The notes under the pieces were generated by a model. That model worked only from the letters and a program-made list of their open reading frames with translations. It made no database searches and was not told the DNA's origin. Positions 10,030-21,275 of a stretch of DNA of 64,000 nucleotides are shown here, piece after piece. The stretch's first letter is position 1. Every line of letters starts with the position of its first letter. The DNA comes from Gallionellaceae bacterium. Lineage in GTDB: Bacteria > Pseudomonadota > Gammaproteobacteria > Burkholderiales > Gallionellaceae. Location of the stretch: contig WSYA01000001.1 in NCBI GenBank assembly GCA_009773615.1, positions 26,536-90,535 of the forward strand, in the 5' to 3' direction. Position numbers and translations under genes: made by a program.

Positions 10030-10476
10030 ATGTTTCAGGGGGCGGCACAACTTAATCTGGATAGCAAGGGCAGGCTCGCGATACCATCACGGCATCGCGA
10101 TATGTTGCTTGCGCATTGTGCGGGTCAGCTGGTGCTGACCGCCGATGCCGACGGTTGTCTGCTGCTCTATTCTCAGCCCGAGTGGCAGCCTATCCGCGAA
10201 AAACTCATGCAGCTCTCCGCCTTCAATCCGCGCATTCGCGCGTTGCAACGTTTCCTTGTCGGTCATGCAGAAGATGTGGTGATGGATGCCGCAGGTCGCG
10301 TGTTGGTTTCGCCGACTTTGCGCAGCTATGCAGCGCTGGATAAGCGCGTGATGCTGGTCGGGCAGGGCAATAAATTCGAAGTGTGGGACGAAGCGCGCTG
10401 GCAGGGGCAGAACGACAAGATGTCCGGTTTTAGCGAGGGTGATCTTCCGCCCGAGCTGGAGGGATTCACGCTGTGA
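10030..10476 (+). CDS. mraZ: Transcriptional regulator MraZ
   Basis: 148 aa. DSKGRLAIP and a second SpoVT/AbrB-like repeat; first gene of the dcw cluster. Confidence 0.92.
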   Translation: MFQGAAQLNLDSKGRLAIPSRHRDMLLAHCAGQLVLTADADGCLLLYSQPEWQPIREKLMQLSAFNPRIRALQRFLVGHAEDVVMDAAGRVLVSPTLRSYAALDKRVMLVGQGNKFEVWDEARWQGQNDKMSGFSEGDLPPELEGFTL

Positions 10477-11414
10477 GCGTGGGTTTGTCCCATGACACGG
10501 TGCTGTTGCATGAGGCGGTCGAAGCGTTGCAGGTTGTGCCGGATGGTGTCTACGTGGATGGCACGTTCGGGCGCGGCGGACACAGCCGGCTGATTCTGGA
10601 AAAGCTGGGTGAGCGCGGCAGGTTGATCGCGCTGGATAAGGATCTGCTGGCGATTGCGGCGGCTAGGGAGATAAACGATGGCCGTTTTCAGATCGAACAT
10701 GGCGGGTTCGAGCATTTGAGCGAGGTGCTGCATAGGCTCGGCATCGGCAAGGTGGATGGTGTGCTGCTGGACTTGGGGGTGTCGTCGCCGCAACTGGACG
10801 ACGCGCAACGCGGCTTTAGTTTTCGTTTCGATGCGCCGCTGGATATGCGTATGGATACGAGTCGCGGCGAGACAGCGGCGCAGTGGTTGGCAACGGTAGA
10901 TGAGGCCTTATTGGCGGAGGTAATTAGTGACTACGGCGAAGAGCGGTTTGCTAGGAAGATTGCAAGAGCGCTTGTTGCTTCGCGCAAAGAAAGTCCCATC
11001 CTCTCCACGCGGCAACTCAGTGAAATTGTCGCGCAAAATGTGCACTCCCGCGAGCCCGGGAAAAATCCGGCGACGCGCACCTTTCAGGCTATACGGATTT
11101 ATATCAACCGCGAACTCGAAGAGCTCGAGAGCGTGTTGCCGCAGTGTGTGGACAGTCTAAAGGTGGGCGGAAGAATGGCTGTAATCAGTTTTCATTCTCT
11201 GGAAGACCGCATCGTTAAACGTTTTATGCGCGACATGGCGCAGGGCGACAAACTTCCGCGCAATCTGCCGATCCGCGCCGCCGAGATTCCGCTGGGTAAA
11301 GTGCGTCTGATCGGCAAGGCTATCCATGCCTCGGAGCAGGAGCTGGATGCCAATCCGCGCGCGCGCAGTGCGGTGTTGCGCGTGGCCGAGTACACGGGAG
11401 GGTTGAGTGCTTAG
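10473..11414 (+). CDS. rsmH: 16S rRNA (cytosine1402-N4)-methyltransferase
   Basis: 313 aa. [23 protein letters not shown] and [10 protein letters not shown] motifs. Confidence 0.93.
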   Translation: MSVGLSHDTVLLHEAVEALQVVPDGVYVDGTFGRGGHSRLILEKLGERGRLIALDKDLLAIAAAREINDGRFQIEHGGFEHLSEVLHRLGIGKVDGVLLDLGVSSPQLDDAQRGFSFRFDAPLDMRMDTSRGETAAQWLATVDEALLAEVISDYGEERFARKIARALVASRKESPILSTRQLSEIVAQNVHSREPGKNPATRTFQAIRIYINRELEELESVLPQCVDSLKVGGRMAVISFHSLEDRIVKRFMRDMAQGDKLPRNLPIRAAEIPLGKVRLIGKAIHASEQELDANPRARSAVLRVAEYTGGLSA

Positions 11415-11685
11415 GCTGAACACAATTTTGCTGGCTCTGCTCATCGTATTTGCGCTGGGAGTGGTGACGTCGCAGCACAAGGCGCGCAAGCATTTTGTCG
11501 AATTGCAGGCCGAGAAAGACCGGGCGCAGCAGATGGAAGTGGAGTGGGGACAGTTGCAGTTGGAGCAAAGCACTCTAGCGTTGCCGGCGCGTGTAGAAAA
11601 AATGGCGCGTCAATTGCAGATGCAGATGCCGCAAGGCAAGCAGATTCAATTTGTGCGCATTGAAACCAACAAGGTGACGCCGTGA
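11407..11685 (+). CDS. ftsL: Cell division protein FtsL
   Basis: 92 aa with a GTG start and a single N-terminal TM followed by a coiled-coil-like region. Canonical position between rsmH and ftsI. Confidence 0.8.
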   Translation: MLRLNTILLALLIVFALGVVTSQHKARKHFVELQAEKDRAQQMEVEWGQLQLEQSTLALPARVEKMARQLQMQMPQGKQIQFVRIETNKVTP

Positions 11686-13418
11686 TCCAGCACAGCAACA
11701 GCGTACAAACGAACGGGCAAATGGCGTTGCCGCCGTGGCGTTCGCGCGTTCTGTTCGTGTTGCTGCTTGCGGGCTTGGGTGGCTTGCTGGTGCGCGGAAT
11801 TTATTTGCAGGGCATACACAACGATTTTCTCCAGCAAAAGGGCGCGGCGCGCTACAGCAGGGAAATCGATATCAATGCGCATCGCGGCATGATAAGTGAC
11901 CGCAACGGTGAGCGCCTGGCCATCAGCACGCCCGTCGAATCGATTTGGGTCAGCCCGCAGGATGTCGAAGCGACACCGAAACAGGTGATGCAGTTGGCGC
12001 TGATCCTCGGCATGAATGCCGAGGAATTGAGAAAGCGCATGTTCGATACCTCGCGCGATTTTATTTATTTGAAGCGCCAGTTGCCGCCGGAGCAGGCCGA
12101 AAAAGTTGTCAGGCTGGGGATTTCAGGGGTGTCATTAAAGCGCGAGTATCGCCGCTATTATCCCGGCGGCGAGGTGACTTCGCATTTGCTGGGGTTCACG
12201 GATGTGGACGACAACGGGCAGGAGGGCATCGAGCTTGCCCTGCAGTCAAAGCTGGGCGGAAAAGCGGGTAGCCAGCGTGTCATCAAAGACCGGCGCGGAC
12301 ATATCGTCGAGGATGTGGCCAGCGTGCGCGCTCCCAAAGAAGGCAGCGATATCGCGCTGAGTCTGGATAGCAAAATTCAATTTCTGGCTTTCCGCGAGAT
12401 ACAGCAGGCGGTCGAGCAGCACAAAGCCAAGGCGGGCTCCATCGTGGTGCTGGATGCGAAGAGCGGCGAAGTGCTTGCGCTCGCGAATTGGCCGAGCTAC
12501 AACCCCAACAATCGCGGCAAGCCGAACGTCAATTTGCTGCGCAACCATGCAGTGACCGATTTGTTCGAGCCGGGTTCGACCATGAAGCCGTTCACGGTAG
12601 CGGCGGCGCTTGAGCTGGGCAAGGTCACACCCAATACTATTATCAATACCGAGCACGGCGTGTATGCCGTGGGCGGACGCAAGATACACGACACGCACCC
12701 GGAGGCATCGCTGACGGTGGCGCAAGTGATACAGAAATCCAGCAACGTCGGCGCATCCAAAATCGCGCTGTCCATGAAGCCCGAGCAGTTCTGGCACAGT
12801 CTGAATGAAAACGGTTTCGGCTCGCAGACCGGCTGCGAGTTTCCCGGTGAAGCGGCGGGCAGGTTGCGCGATTTTGCCAAGTGGAGGCCGATCGAGCAGG
12901 CCACCATGTCCTACGGCAATGGCATTTCCGTGAACCTGCTGCAATTGGCGCGCGCTTATACCGTGTTCGCCAACAGCGGAGTAATGAAAACGGTAACGCT
13001 GCTCAAACAGGAAACGCCGACAGTGGGTGTTCAAGTCTATTCGGCTACGACCGCTCACGCCGTGCGCGATATGCTGGAAATGGTGGTGAAGCCGGGTGGT
13101 ACCGCACCGCTTGCGCAAATCACCGGCTACCGTGTTGCAGGCAAAACCGGCACGGCGCATAAACTCGAAGGCGGGCAATACGTAAACAAATACGTCGCCT
13201 CGTTCGTGGGCCTGGCACCGGCATCCAACCCGCGCCTAATCGTTGCGGTGATGATCAACGAACCCGGCGGTGCCGAGTACTACGGCGGGCAAGTCGCGGC
13301 ACCCGCTTTCAGCAACGTGATGGGCGCGTCATTGCGCCTGCTCAATGTGCCGAACGATGCGCCTCTCGACAATGTGATGCAGCCCACACCGGCTGATCTG
13401 ATCGCGGAGGAGGTATGA
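11682..13418 (+). CDS. ftsI: Peptidoglycan D,D-transpeptidase FtsI (PBP3)
   Basis: 578 aa. STMKP, SSN and KTGT penicillin-binding motifs are all present. Confidence 0.93.
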   Translation: MIQHSNSVQTNGQMALPPWRSRVLFVLLLAGLGGLLVRGIYLQGIHNDFLQQKGAARYSREIDINAHRGMISDRNGERLAISTPVESIWVSPQDVEATPKQVMQLALILGMNAEELRKRMFDTSRDFIYLKRQLPPEQAEKVVRLGISGVSLKREYRRYYPGGEVTSHLLGFTDVDDNGQEGIELALQSKLGGKAGSQRVIKDRRGHIVEDVASVRAPKEGSDIALSLDSKIQFLAFREIQQAVEQHKAKAGSIVVLDAKSGEVLALANWPSYNPNNRGKPNVNLLRNHAVTDLFEPGSTMKPFTVAAALELGKVTPNTIINTEHGVYAVGGRKIHDTHPEASLTVAQVIQKSSNVGASKIALSMKPEQFWHSLNENGFGSQTGCEFPGEAAGRLRDFAKWRPIEQATMSYGNGISVNLLQLARAYTVFANSGVMKTVTLLKQETPTVGVQVYSATTAHAVRDMLEMVVKPGGTAPLAQITGYRVAGKTGTAHKLEGGQYVNKYVASFVGLAPASNPRLIVAVMINEPGGAEYYGGQVAAPAFSNVMGASLRLLNVPNDAPLDNVMQPTPADLIAEEV

Positions 13419-14929
13419 ACGCATTTCATCTCGAATCGCTGGATGCGCTGGGCGTGACTATCACTCGCCTGGAAACTGATAGCCGCTTGGTGAAGCCGGG
13501 CGATACCTTCGTGGCTTATCCCGGCGCACAGGCGGATGGTCGCCAGTTCATCGCACAGGCCATCGCCAGCGGAGCGAATGCGGTGATATGGGAAGCAAAG
13601 AATTTTGTGTGGGACGAGTCGTGGCAAGTGCCGAATCTGGCGCTTGCCGAGTTGCGCCAGCAGGCGGGGGCGCTGGCCGAGCATGTCTATGCCTCGCCCT
13701 CCAGAAAATTATGGATGGTGGGCGTGACCGGAACCAACGGCAAAACCACTTGCAGTCACTGGATCGCGCGCGCGCTGAACGAGCTCGGGCGCAAGAGCGC
13801 ATTGATGGGAACTTTGGGTAACGGTTTCCCCGGCGAGTTGCAGCCCACCGTGAACACCACGCCGGATGCGATCAGTGTACATGGCTTGCTAAATGATTAT
13901 GTGCAACAGGGTGCGCAGGCCGCAGCGATGGAAGTGTCCTCGCATGCGCTGGCGCAGGGGCGCGTAAGCGGCGTGCACTACGATGTCGCGCTACTGACCA
14001 ATTTGAGCCGCGATCATCTCGATTATCACGGTGACATGCACAGCTATGCGGCTGCCAAGCGTCGCCTGTTCGACTGGGCGCATCTCAAATATGCCGTGCT
14101 GAATCTGGATGATGCCTTTGGTGCCGAATTGGCCGAGGCTCTGCGCGATGCCGAGGTTGAGGTCGTCGGATATGGATTGAGTGAGGACGCGTTGCATTTG
14201 GCTGAGCGTCTCGGCATACGCATGGTTTTCGGGCGCGATCTGCACATGAATGCGCAGGGTATGGAATTGCATATTCACTCCAGCTGGGGCGGCGCGGAGT
14301 TGAACAGCAAACAGGTCGGGCGTTTCAATGCCGCCAACCTGCTGGGTTCATTGGCTGTGCTGCTGGTCAGCGGTGTGGAGTTGTCCGCTGCGGTGCGGGA
14401 GTTGGAGCAGCAAAAGGCCGTCGCCGGACGGATGCAGACGCTGGGCGGCAAAGACAAGCCGACCATCGTGGTCGATTACGCGCACACGCCGGATGCGCTG
14501 GAAAAAGTATTGCAAGCGCTGCGCGAAGTGACTGCGCCTTCCGGCGGCAGACTCATCTGCGTGTTCGGTTGCGGGGGAGACCGCGACCGCGGCAAGCGCC
14601 CGATGATGGGTACCGTCGCATCGAGGTTGGCCGACGAGTGCATCATCACCAGCGACAATCCGCGCAGCGAAAGTCCCAGGGCCATCATCGACGCGATCCT
14701 GTTCGGTGTTGAGGGGTCATGCCTGATCATCGAAGACCGCGCCCATGCGATCGCGCGCGCGGTCGGTGCCGCACGCGCCGGGGACACCGTGCTGATCGCC
14801 GGTAAAGGTCACGAAGATTATCAGGAGGTCAACGGGATCAAGCATCCTTTTAGCGACAGCGAGCTAGTGCGCCGTGCGCTGAGCGTGTGGGCACCGGTCG
14901 ATCTTAAACGCGAATGGAGTACTACATGA
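13415..14929 (+). CDS. murE: UDP-N-acetylmuramoyl-L-alanyl-D-glutamate--2,6-diaminopimelate ligase
   Basis: 504 aa. GVTGTNGKTT P-loop and a DNPR motif (ITSDNPRSE). Confidence 0.92.
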   Translation: MNAFHLESLDALGVTITRLETDSRLVKPGDTFVAYPGAQADGRQFIAQAIASGANAVIWEAKNFVWDESWQVPNLALAELRQQAGALAEHVYASPSRKLWMVGVTGTNGKTTCSHWIARALNELGRKSALMGTLGNGFPGELQPTVNTTPDAISVHGLLNDYVQQGAQAAAMEVSSHALAQGRVSGVHYDVALLTNLSRDHLDYHGDMHSYAAAKRRLFDWAHLKYAVLNLDDAFGAELAEALRDAEVEVVGYGLSEDALHLAERLGIRMVFGRDLHMNAQGMELHIHSSWGGAELNSKQVGRFNAANLLGSLAVLLVSGVELSAAVRELEQQKAVAGRMQTLGGKDKPTIVVDYAHTPDALEKVLQALREVTAPSGGRLICVFGCGGDRDRGKRPMMGTVASRLADECIITSDNPRSESPRAIIDAILFGVEGSCLIIEDRAHAIARAVGAARAGDTVLIAGKGHEDYQEVNGIKHPFSDSELVRRALSVWAPVDLKREWSTT

Positions 14930-16284
14930 TGCTGCTCTCGCAAGTCGCAGAGATGTTGCAAGCGCGCAGGGATGGTGCAGATGTTGCATTCGATGCCGTC
15001 TCGACCGATACGCGCACGGTCGGCAAGGGCGATCTGTTCATCGCGCTCAAAGGCGAAAATTTTGACGGCGCGGCGTTCGTGGCAAATGCCGTGCAAGCCG
15101 GTGCGGTCGCCGCAGTGGTGAATGCCGACAGCCGCATAGCACACGCTCCCTGCCCGTTGCTGCGCGTAGCGGATACGCGTCTGGCATTGGGCAGTCTTGC
15201 GGCGCATTGGCGCAAACGCTTTGAGATTCCGCTCGTCGCCATCACTGGCAGTAACGGCAAAACCACGGTGAAAGAGATGCTGGCCAGCGTGTTGCGCAGC
15301 TATGCAGGGAATGACGAGGCCGTGTTGGCTACCAAGGGAAATTTGAACAACGACATCGGCATGCCGCTGACCTTGCTCAAGCTGCGCTCTTCGCACCGCT
15401 ACGCGGTCATCGAGATGGGCATGAATCATCCCGGGGAGATCGACTATCTGACACACCTCGCTTGTCCCGACGTGGCGCTGGCGAACAATGCGGCCAGCGC
15501 GCATTTGGCCGGGCTGGGTACGGTAGCTGCGGTGGCGGATGCCAAAGGCGAGATATTTGCCGGGCTGGCGCAAAACGGTGTGGCGGTCATCAATGCGGAT
15601 GACGAATTCGCGCAGAAGTGGCGCACAGCGGCGGGTTCGCATCGCATCGTGGATTTTGGTTTGGATCCGCAGGCCAGCGTTCGCGCCATCTGGCAGACGC
15701 AAAATTTCGGGGCGCAGATGGAGGTGACTACTCCGCAGGGCGATTTTACGGTCGAGCTGCAAGTGCCGGGCGTGCATAACGTGCGCAACGCGCTCGCGGC
15801 GACGGCCGCTGCTATCGCGCTGAACGTGCCGCTGGCGGCCATTGCCAGCGGACTGAAAAATTTCGGGGGCGTAGCCGGGCGTTTGCAACGCAAGGTTGCA
15901 CTGCACGGTGCGGTGTTGATCGACGACACCTACAACGCGAATCCAGCTTCCTTGCGCGCGGCGTTGAAAGTATTGGCGCAGGCGCAAGGCAAAAGAATAT
16001 TGGTGCTGGGCGACATGGGCGAGCTGGGTGCGGACGCGCCGCGTTTTCATGCGGAAATCGGCGCGGAGGCACATGCCTTGGGTATCCAGAAGCTGCTGGC
16101 CTTGGGCGATTTGAGCGCGTACGCGGTGGATGAATTCGGCGCGGGCGGAACGCATTTCAAACGCATCGAAGATATGCTGACCTGTCTGGAGCAGAACCTC
16201 GATGCGGATAGCACGGTGCTGGTGAAGGGTTCGCGGTTTATGAAGATGGAGCGGGTCGTGCAGCACTGCACGGCGCTGCAATAG
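14926..16284 (+). CDS. murF: UDP-N-acetylmuramoyl-tripeptide--D-alanyl-D-alanine ligase
   Basis: ITGSNGKTTVKEM P-loop. The ATG at 14926 forms an ATGA overlap with the murE stop; the ORF also opens at 14914. Confidence 0.9.
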   Translation: MMLLSQVAEMLQARRDGADVAFDAVSTDTRTVGKGDLFIALKGENFDGAAFVANAVQAGAVAAVVNADSRIAHAPCPLLRVADTRLALGSLAAHWRKRFEIPLVAITGSNGKTTVKEMLASVLRSYAGNDEAVLATKGNLNNDIGMPLTLLKLRSSHRYAVIEMGMNHPGEIDYLTHLACPDVALANNAASAHLAGLGTVAAVADAKGEIFAGLAQNGVAVINADDEFAQKWRTAAGSHRIVDFGLDPQASVRAIWQTQNFGAQMEVTTPQGDFTVELQVPGVHNVRNALAATAAAIALNVPLAAIASGLKNFGGVAGRLQRKVALHGAVLIDDTYNANPASLRAALKVLAQAQGKRILVLGDMGELGADAPRFHAEIGAEAHALGIQKLLALGDLSAYAVDEFGAGGTHFKRIEDMLTCLEQNLDADSTVLVKGSRFMKMERVVQHCTALQ

Positions 16285-16292
16285 GAGAAGAA

Positions 16293-16442
16293 ATGAGCAC
16301 CTCAAAAACTTCATTTTTCGGGCGCATCGCGGCGTTGCGCGGTGCTCGCTTCCTCGCCTACCTCAATGGTATGTCTCGTTCGCTGCGCTCCGTACGCCTT
16401 GCGCTGCATCCCGAAAATCTGAATTTTAAGAGGTACTCATAA
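16293..16442 (+). CDS. Candidate 49-codon basic small ORF in the murF-mraY spacer (uncertain)
   Basis: AGGAGAAGAA precedes the ATG at 16293. Translation is [49 protein letters not shown]. Its TAA overlaps the mraY ATG (TAATG). The spacer is also a long imperfect palindrome, so the ORF may be incidental. Confidence 0.3.
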   Translation: MSTSKTSFFGRIAALRGARFLAYLNGMSRSLRSVRLALHPENLNFKRYS

Positions 16443-17545
16443 TGTTATTGGCACTAGCCCAGTGGTTTTCATCGGACGTCAGAACATTCAGCGTGTTCAA
16501 CTACATCACGCTGCGCGCCGTGCTGGCTGCTATGACGGCGCTGTTCATCTCGTTTATGGTCGGCCCGGCGATGATACGCAAGCTGGCGCAGATGAAGATC
16601 GGACAAGCGGTGCGCAGCGACGGCCCGCAGACGCACCTGATCAAGGCGGGTACGCCGACCATGGGCGGCGCGCTGATACTGACTTCAGTCGCCATCACCA
16701 CCTTGCTGTGGGGGGATTTGAGCAATCCCTATATCTGGGTGGTGTTGCTGACGACATTGGGTGTAGGCGCGATCGGCTGGGTGGATGACTACCGCAAGGT
16801 GGTGCATCGCAACTCTGACGGTCTATCGGCCAAAGCCAAGATGTTCTGGCAATCGCTCATTGCCTTGGCGGTCGGCGCTTATCTGTGGTCGCACGCGACG
16901 CTGCCCGCCCATACCGAACTCATCGTGCCGTTCTTTAAATATGTCGCGATCCCGCTTGGCCTGTTCAGTTTTCTCGTGCTGGTCTATCTGGTCATCGTGG
17001 GAACGAGCAATGCGGTGAACCTTACCGACGGTTTGGATGGCTTGGCCATCATGCCCACAGTGATGGTGAGCAGCGCGTTGGCGATATTCGCCTATGTGGC
17101 AGGACATGCGGTGTTTGCCAAATATCTGGGGGTGCCGCATATCCCCGGTGCCGGCGAGCTGGCGGTGTTCTGTGCCGCGATTGCGGGAGCGGGCTTGGCT
17201 TTCCTGTGGTTTAACGCCTATCCGGCGGAAGTGTTTATGGGCGACGTAGGCGCATTGGCGCTCGGTGCTGCGCTGGGAGTGGTTGCGGTCATCGTGCGGC
17301 AGGAGGTCGTGCTGTTCATCATGGGCGGCGTGTTTGTGGTGGAAGCTGTGTCGGTGATGTTGCAGGTGTCGTATTTCAAATACACCAAGAAAACCACCGG
17401 TATTGGCAAACGCATTTTCCTGATGGCGCCGCTGCACCATCATTTCGAACAAAAAGGCTGGAAAGAGACTCAGGTCGTGGTGAGGTTTTGGATCATCACC
17501 ATGTTGCTGGTGTTATTGGGCTTGGCGACGCTGAAGTTGAGATAA
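16442..17545 (+). CDS. mraY: Phospho-N-acetylmuramoyl-pentapeptide transferase
   Basis: 367 aa polytopic membrane protein with [13 protein letters not shown] and the APLHHHFE motif. Confidence 0.93.
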   Translation: MLLALAQWFSSDVRTFSVFNYITLRAVLAAMTALFISFMVGPAMIRKLAQMKIGQAVRSDGPQTHLIKAGTPTMGGALILTSVAITTLLWGDLSNPYIWVVLLTTLGVGAIGWVDDYRKVVHRNSDGLSAKAKMFWQSLIALAVGAYLWSHATLPAHTELIVPFFKYVAIPLGLFSFLVLVYLVIVGTSNAVNLTDGLDGLAIMPTVMVSSALAIFAYVAGHAVFAKYLGVPHIPGAGELAVFCAAIAGAGLAFLWFNAYPAEVFMGDVGALALGAALGVVAVIVRQEVVLFIMGGVFVVEAVSVMLQVSYFKYTKKTTGIGKRIFLMAPLHHHFEQKGWKETQVVVRFWIITMLLVLLGLATLKLR

Positions 17546-17550
17546 AGAGG

Positions 17551-17636
17551 AGTCGTTAGACGTTAGTCGCTAGTCGTTAGTTAAAGCAAAGTCCGCGCAG
17601 CGGACAAAACCAACTAATAACTAACGTCTAACGACT
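17551..17636. repeat. 86-nt imperfect palindrome in the mraY-murD spacer
   Basis: Perfect 16-bp outer arms AGTCGTTAGACGTTAG (17551-17566) and CTAACGTCTAACGACT (17621-17636). Partially pairing inner arms are built from TCG(T/C)TAG heptads. The central hairpin is GTCCGC-GCA-GCGGAC (17591-17605). Confidence 0.8.
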
Positions 17637-17660
17637 AACAACCGATTTTAAGGAGGTGCA

Positions 17661-19046
17661 ATGAGCAAGTTGGCGGACAAACAAGTGTTGGTGCTCGGTC
17701 TCGGTGAGACCGGGTTGTCGCTCGTGCGCTGGATGCTGGTGCACGGAGCGAAGGTGCGCGTTGCGGATAGCCGCAACGCGCCGCCCGCGCTTGCCGCTTT
17801 GCAGGCCAGCCTTCCCCAAGTCGAAGCGCGTTGCGGAATTTTCCGCAGCGAATTGCTGGACGGCATCGAGCTCGTTGCGATCAGCCCCGGCATCGCTTTG
17901 TCCGAGCCATTCGTACAAAAGGCGGTGGCGCGTGGCATTCCGGTGGTCGGCGATATCGAATTGTTTGCGCGCTCGCTACCGCAAGAAAATCCTCCTCAGG
18001 TCATCGCCATCACCGGCGCGAACGGTAAGACCACGGTCACCAGCATGGTGGGTGCGATGTGTCGCGCTGCCGGATTGGATACTGAAGTGGCGGGCAATAT
18101 TTCACCCGCCGTGCTGGATGTGTTGATCCAGCGCAAGGGAAAACACCCCGATGTGTGGGTGTTGGAGTTATCCAGTTTTCAGCTGGAAACCACGTACAGC
18201 TTGAGTGCGAATGCCGCAACAGTACTGAACATCAGTGAAGATCATCTGGATCGTTACGCCAACATGGCGGCATATATCGCCGCCAAGGCGCGCGTCTTTC
18301 GCTGCGACGGACGCAGCAGTGTGCAGGTGCTGAATCGCGACGATCCGGAAAGCATGGCGATGGGTTTGCGTGATCGCCTGATCCAGACCTTCGGTGTGGA
18401 AACGCCGCCGCTGGGCAAACATGATCTAGGCATCGAGCGCGAAGGCGATGAGATATGGCTGATAGAAGGCTCGCGCCGCCTGATGAATGCAGGAGAGCTG
18501 CAAGTAATCGGTTTGCACAATATCGCCAATGCGCTGGCGGCCATTTCTCTGTGTCGTGCGGTGGGGCTACCCATGCCACCCCTGTTGAATGCGCTGCGCG
18601 ACTTCAAAGGGTTGCCGCATCGCGTCGAAGAGGTGGCAGAGATCAACGGTGTGACTTACTTCGACGACTCCAAAGGCACCAACGTTGGCGCGACGGTGGC
18701 GGCGCTGAACGGCTTGGGTCGTCCGGCCGTGGTGATACTCGGTGGGGATGGCAAGGGACAGGACTTTACTCCGCTGCAAACACCGGTGGCGGCGCATGCA
18801 CGCGTGGCGGTGCTGATCGGCCGCGATGCCGACAAGATCGCCGCCGTGCTGAAAGAGTGTGGCGTGCCCTTGATGCATGCGGCCGATATGCGGGAGGCGG
18901 TGCGCATCAGCGCGGCTGAAGCGCAAGCGGGCGATGCGGTGCTGATGTCCCCGGCGTGCGCCAGTTTCGATATGTTCAGGAATTATGTGCACCGCGCGGA
19001 AGTGTTTGTCGCGGCAGTGCGCGAGCTTGAAGGAGTGTCATCATGA
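17661..19046 (+). CDS. murD: UDP-N-acetylmuramoylalanine--D-glutamate ligase
   Basis: 461 aa. AAGGAGG Shine-Dalgarno and [11 protein letters not shown]-loop. Confidence 0.92.
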   Translation: MSKLADKQVLVLGLGETGLSLVRWMLVHGAKVRVADSRNAPPALAALQASLPQVEARCGIFRSELLDGIELVAISPGIALSEPFVQKAVARGIPVVGDIELFARSLPQENPPQVIAITGANGKTTVTSMVGAMCRAAGLDTEVAGNISPAVLDVLIQRKGKHPDVWVLELSSFQLETTYSLSANAATVLNISEDHLDRYANMAAYIAAKARVFRCDGRSSVQVLNRDDPESMAMGLRDRLIQTFGVETPPLGKHDLGIEREGDEIWLIEGSRRLMNAGELQVIGLHNIANALAAISLCRAVGLPMPPLLNALRDFKGLPHRVEEVAEINGVTYFDDSKGTNVGATVAALNGLGRPAVVILGGDGKGQDFTPLQTPVAAHARVAVLIGRDADKIAAVLKECGVPLMHAADMREAVRISAAEAQAGDAVLMSPACASFDMFRNYVHRAEVFVAAVRELEGVSS

Positions 19047-20206
19047 CGAACGCGACTCTGGGTGCGCCGCGCCGCGTGATGGCGGATCACGACACCGTGC
19101 TGGCCTGGATCATTGCGGCGCTGCTGGCGCTCGGCCTGGTGATGGTGTACTCCGCTTCGATCGCGACGGCGGAGGCGGGCAAATTCACCGGCTATCAACC
19201 GGCCTACTATTTGATACGCCATGCGACTTTCATTCTGGTCGGGCTGCTGGCCGGGATCGTGGTGTTTCAGGTGCCCACGCAAACATGGCAAAAGCTCGCG
19301 CCGTATCTGTTTTTATTCGGCGTCGTGCTGCTGATTCTGGTACTGATCCCCGGTGTGGGGCGCGCGGTCAACGGCAGTCGCCGCTGGCTCTCGTTGTTTG
19401 TCATCAACCTGCAACCGTCCGAGCTGATGAAGCTGTTCGCGGTGTTATATGCGGCCGACTATGCGGTGCGTAAAGGCGCGGTTAAAGACAGTTTGAGCAA
19501 AGCATTCATCCCGATGTTCAGCGTGATGGCGCTGGTAGGAACGTTGCTTCTGCTGGAGCCTGACATGGGTGCGTTCGTGGTGATCTGCGCCATCGCGATG
19601 GGCACGCTGTGGCTGGGCGGGTTCAATCTCAAAATATTCGGCGGCTTGATCATCGCGCTTCCCGTCGCGTTCGCTGCGTTGATTCTATCCTCGCCTTACC
19701 GCATGCAGCGCGTCATCGGTTTCATGGATCCTTGGTCCGATCCATACGGCAAGGGCTATCAGCTCAGCCACGCCTTGATCGCCTTTGGTCGAGGCGAATG
19801 GCTGGGCGTGGGCTTGGGCGCCAGCGTGGAAAAATTGTTTTATCTGCCGGAAGCACATACCGACTTCCTGTTGGCCGTGATTGCCGAAGAGCTGGGCTTC
19901 TTCGGTGTGAGCGCAGTGATCGTGCTGTTCGGCTGGTTGATCGTGCGCGCGTTTTCCATCGGCAGACAGGCTGCGATGGTGGAACGCTTGTTTGCCGCTC
20001 TGGTGGCACAGGGCATCGCCGTCTGGCTGGGCGTGCAGGCGATGATCAACATCGGCGTGAATATGGGCGTGTTGCCGACCAAGGGTCTGACCTTGCCCTT
20101 CCTGAGTTTTGGCGGCAGCGGCGTGGTGGTGAACTGCATCGCCATCGCGGTGCTGTTGAGAATCGATTACGAGAATCGCAGAGTCGCGCGGGGGCTGCCG
20201 ATATGA
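19043..20206 (+). CDS. ftsW: Peptidoglycan glycosyltransferase FtsW (SEDS family)
   Basis: 387 aa polytopic protein. LQPSELMKL and [14 protein letters not shown] motifs. Confidence 0.9.
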   Translation: MTNATLGAPRRVMADHDTVLAWIIAALLALGLVMVYSASIATAEAGKFTGYQPAYYLIRHATFILVGLLAGIVVFQVPTQTWQKLAPYLFLFGVVLLILVLIPGVGRAVNGSRRWLSLFVINLQPSELMKLFAVLYAADYAVRKGAVKDSLSKAFIPMFSVMALVGTLLLLEPDMGAFVVICAIAMGTLWLGGFNLKIFGGLIIALPVAFAALILSSPYRMQRVIGFMDPWSDPYGKGYQLSHALIAFGRGEWLGVGLGASVEKLFYLPEAHTDFLLAVIAEELGFFGVSAVIVLFGWLIVRAFSIGRQAAMVERLFAALVAQGIAVWLGVQAMINIGVNMGVLPTKGLTLPFLSFGGSGVVVNCIAIAVLLRIDYENRRVARGLPI

Positions 20207-21264
20207 GCCGCACCATACTCATCATGGCGGGCGGTACCGGAGGACACATCTATCCGGGTTTGGCCGTGGCCGACGCTTTACGCGCGCAGGGCTGGCAAGT
20301 GGTGTGGCTGGGCGCGCCGAACAGCATGGAAGCGGAGCTGGTACCCAAGCAGGGCTATGAAGTTGCGTGGGTGAATTTCTCCGGCGTGCGCGGCAAAGGT
20401 CTGCTGCGCTTGCTGACCCTGCCGTTCACTTTGCTGCGCGCGTTGGGGCAGAGCGCGGATGCGATTTTGCGTCACCGTCCCGACGTGGTGCTGGGCATGG
20501 GCGGTTACATCACCATGCCGGGCGGACTGATGGCTGCGTTCCTGCGTCGCCCCTTGGTCATTCATGAGCAGAACTCCATCGCGGGCATGAGCAATAAAGT
20601 GCTGGCGAAGATTTCCGCGCGCGTGTTGAGCGGCTTCCCCGGCGTGCTGAACAAGACCGAGTGGTGCGGCAATCCGGTGCGCGCGGACATTGCGGCTTTG
20701 CCGGAACCGCAAGTGCGCTACGCCGCACGCAGCGGCAAGTTGAACGTACTGGTGGTGGGCGGCAGTCTGGGTGCGCAGGCGATCAACGAAGCGTTGCCAA
20801 AAGCGCTCGCCATGCTGAGCGAGCAAGAGCGTCCCAACGTATTGCACCAGACGGGCAAGAAGCATTTTGAAGCGGTGCAAAAGCTCTATGAGCAAGCCGG
20901 TGTGAGTGTTGACGTGCGCCCTTTTCTCGACGACATGGCGAACCAGTACGCCAACGCCGATGTGGTGATTTGCCGCGCGGGTGCGTTGACTATTGCCGAG
21001 TTGGCGGCAGCGGGCGTGGCGAGCGTGCTGATCCCGTTCCCGTTCGCGGTGGACGATCACCAGACGCACAACGCGCGTTTCCTGAGTGAACACGGCGCGG
21101 CAGTGCTGTTGCCGCAAAAAGAATTGAGTGCGGAAAAATTGGCGCAACTGCTGTGCGATTTGAAGCGCGAAAAACTGCTGACGATGGCACAAGCCGCGCG
21201 CAGCTTGGCGAAACCGGAAGCCACAGCGCAAGTAGCAAAGGTATGTGCGGAGTTGGCGGAATGA
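20203..21264 (+). CDS. murG: Undecaprenyldiphospho-muramoylpentapeptide beta-N-acetylglucosaminyltransferase
   Basis: [27 protein letters not shown] overlap with the ftsW stop. The ORF-track extension back to 19609 lies inside ftsW in another frame. Confidence 0.92.
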   Translation: MSRTILIMAGGTGGHIYPGLAVADALRAQGWQVVWLGAPNSMEAELVPKQGYEVAWVNFSGVRGKGLLRLLTLPFTLLRALGQSADAILRHRPDVVLGMGGYITMPGGLMAAFLRRPLVIHEQNSIAGMSNKVLAKISARVLSGFPGVLNKTEWCGNPVRADIAALPEPQVRYAARSGKLNVLVVGGSLGAQAINEALPKALAMLSEQERPNVLHQTGKKHFEAVQKLYEQAGVSVDVRPFLDDMANQYANADVVICRAGALTIAELAAAGVASVLIPFPFAVDDHQTHNARFLSEHGAAVLLPQKELSAEKLAQLLCDLKREKLLTMAQAARSLAKPEATAQVAKVCAELAE

Positions 21265-21275
21265 TGAAAACAATT

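Noticed and set aside
14821-16314. 497-aa ORF on the minus strand. Similar long antisense ORFs occur at 2440-3501, 12246-13178, 20278-21309, 21275-22252, 22397-23341, 24577-26055, 25353-26378, 30523-32157 and 33830-34921.
   Set aside because: Each lies antisense to, or out of frame within, a gene with clear conserved motifs (murF, ilvA, ftsI, murG, murC, murB, ftsQ/ftsA, secA, argJ). Their translations are Arg/His/Gln-rich low-complexity strings, typical of shadow ORFs in GC-rich DNA.
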